From assembly GCA_964016885.1 (NCBI GenBank), contig OZ024740.1, forward strand, positions 28,892,001 to 28,956,000: DNA of 64,000 nucleotides, given 5' to 3'. This DNA is from Eledone cirrhosa (taxonomy: Eukaryota). Positions 63,101 through 64,000 of this stretch are shown one piece after another. The notes beneath the pieces are model-generated. The model saw only the letters and a program-made list of their open reading frames with translations, was not told the origin of the DNA and did no database searches. The position numbers and the translations under genes are program-made. How positions within the stretch are numbered: position 1 is the first letter of the stretch; each line of letters begins with the position of its first letter.

Positions 63101-64000
63101 AAGGATAAGTTACTCTGCTAACTAAAGATTCAGTTAAACTGCTAATGAAAGGTTTAGTTACTCTGCTAAAGAAAGTTTCAGTTACTCTGCTAATTAAAGG
63201 ATCAGTTACTCTGCTAACGAAAAGATGAGTTATTCTGTTAAAGAAAGGATCAGTTACTCTGCTAACGAAAGGAACAGTTACTCTCCTAACGAAAGTATCA
63301 GTTACTCTGCTAATGAAAGGATCAGTTACTCTGCTAACGAAATGATCAGTTACTCTGCTAACGAAAGCATCAGTTACTCTGCTAACGAAAGGATCAGTTA
63401 CTCTCCTAACGAAAGTATCAGTTACTCTGTTAACGGAATGATCAGTTACGCTGATAACGAAAGGTTCAGTTACGCTGCTAATGGAAGTTTCAGTTTCTGC
63501 GCTAATGAAAGGATTAGTTACTCTGCTAACGAAAGGATCAGTTACTCTGCTAATCAGAGGATCAGTTACTCTGCTGACGAAAGGTTCAGTTACTGTGCTT
63601 ACGAAAGGATCAGTTACTCTGCTAACGAAAGGATCAGTTACACTGCTAACGAAAGGATAAGTTACTCTGCTAACGAAAGATTCAGTTAATCTGCTATTGA
63701 AAGGTTTAGTTACTCTGCTAAAGAAAGTTTCAGTTACTCTGCTAATTAAAGGATCAGTTACTCTGCTAACGAAAAGATGAGTTATTCTGTTAAAGAAAGG
63801 ATCAGTTACTCTGCTAACTATAGGAACAGTTACTCTCCTAACGAAAGTATCAGTTACTCTGCTAATGAAAGGATCAGTTACTCTGCTAACGAAATGATCA
63901 GTTTCTCTGCTAATGAAAGGATCAGTTACTCTCCTAACGAAAGTATCAGTTACTCTCCTAACGAATGTGTCAGTTACTCTGCTAACGAAACGATCAGTTT
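45193..64000. repeat. 24-bp satellite array, consensus GTTACTCTGCTAA(C/T)GAAAGGATCA, with higher-order repeats; continues beyond the window
   Basis: Roughly 780 monomers (18.8 kb / 24); matching ORF-track peptides recur at offsets 2566, 1607, 1008 and 1776 bp. Confidence 0.98.

Noticed and set aside
45193-64000. CRISPR-like array or ribozyme repeats (CTG..AA.GAAAG)
   Set aside because: Monomers are contiguous with no unique spacers and there are no cas genes; the consensus lacks CTGANGA and a stem II.

Overview
Eukaryotic, repeat-only DNA with no recognisable host gene. It is most likely Octopus/cephalopod, inferred from the tRNA-derived SINE families and microsatellite density. Main contents: (1) a head-to-tail stack of Tx1-type LINEs on the minus strand (about 10.3-24.2 kb), each junction marked by (GATA)n, one copy with an intact APE-RT-CCHC ORF2; (2) a 5'-truncated Penelope-like element (RT + GIY-YIG, probably Naiad-type) in (TA)n, with a canonical hammerhead ribozyme in its 3' region; (3) many short non-coding fold-back or tandem elements sitting in (TA)n, several carrying intact or decayed type I hammerhead motifs of different families, including a 482-bp tandem pair resembling a retrozyme; (4) SINEs, a TTAA MITE, RTE 3' ends, micro- and minisatellites; (5) an array of more than 18.8 kb of a 24-bp satellite with higher-order repeats running off the right end. 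Most ORFs in the track are repeat artefacts. All comparisons were made by eye and coordinates of decayed elements are approximate.
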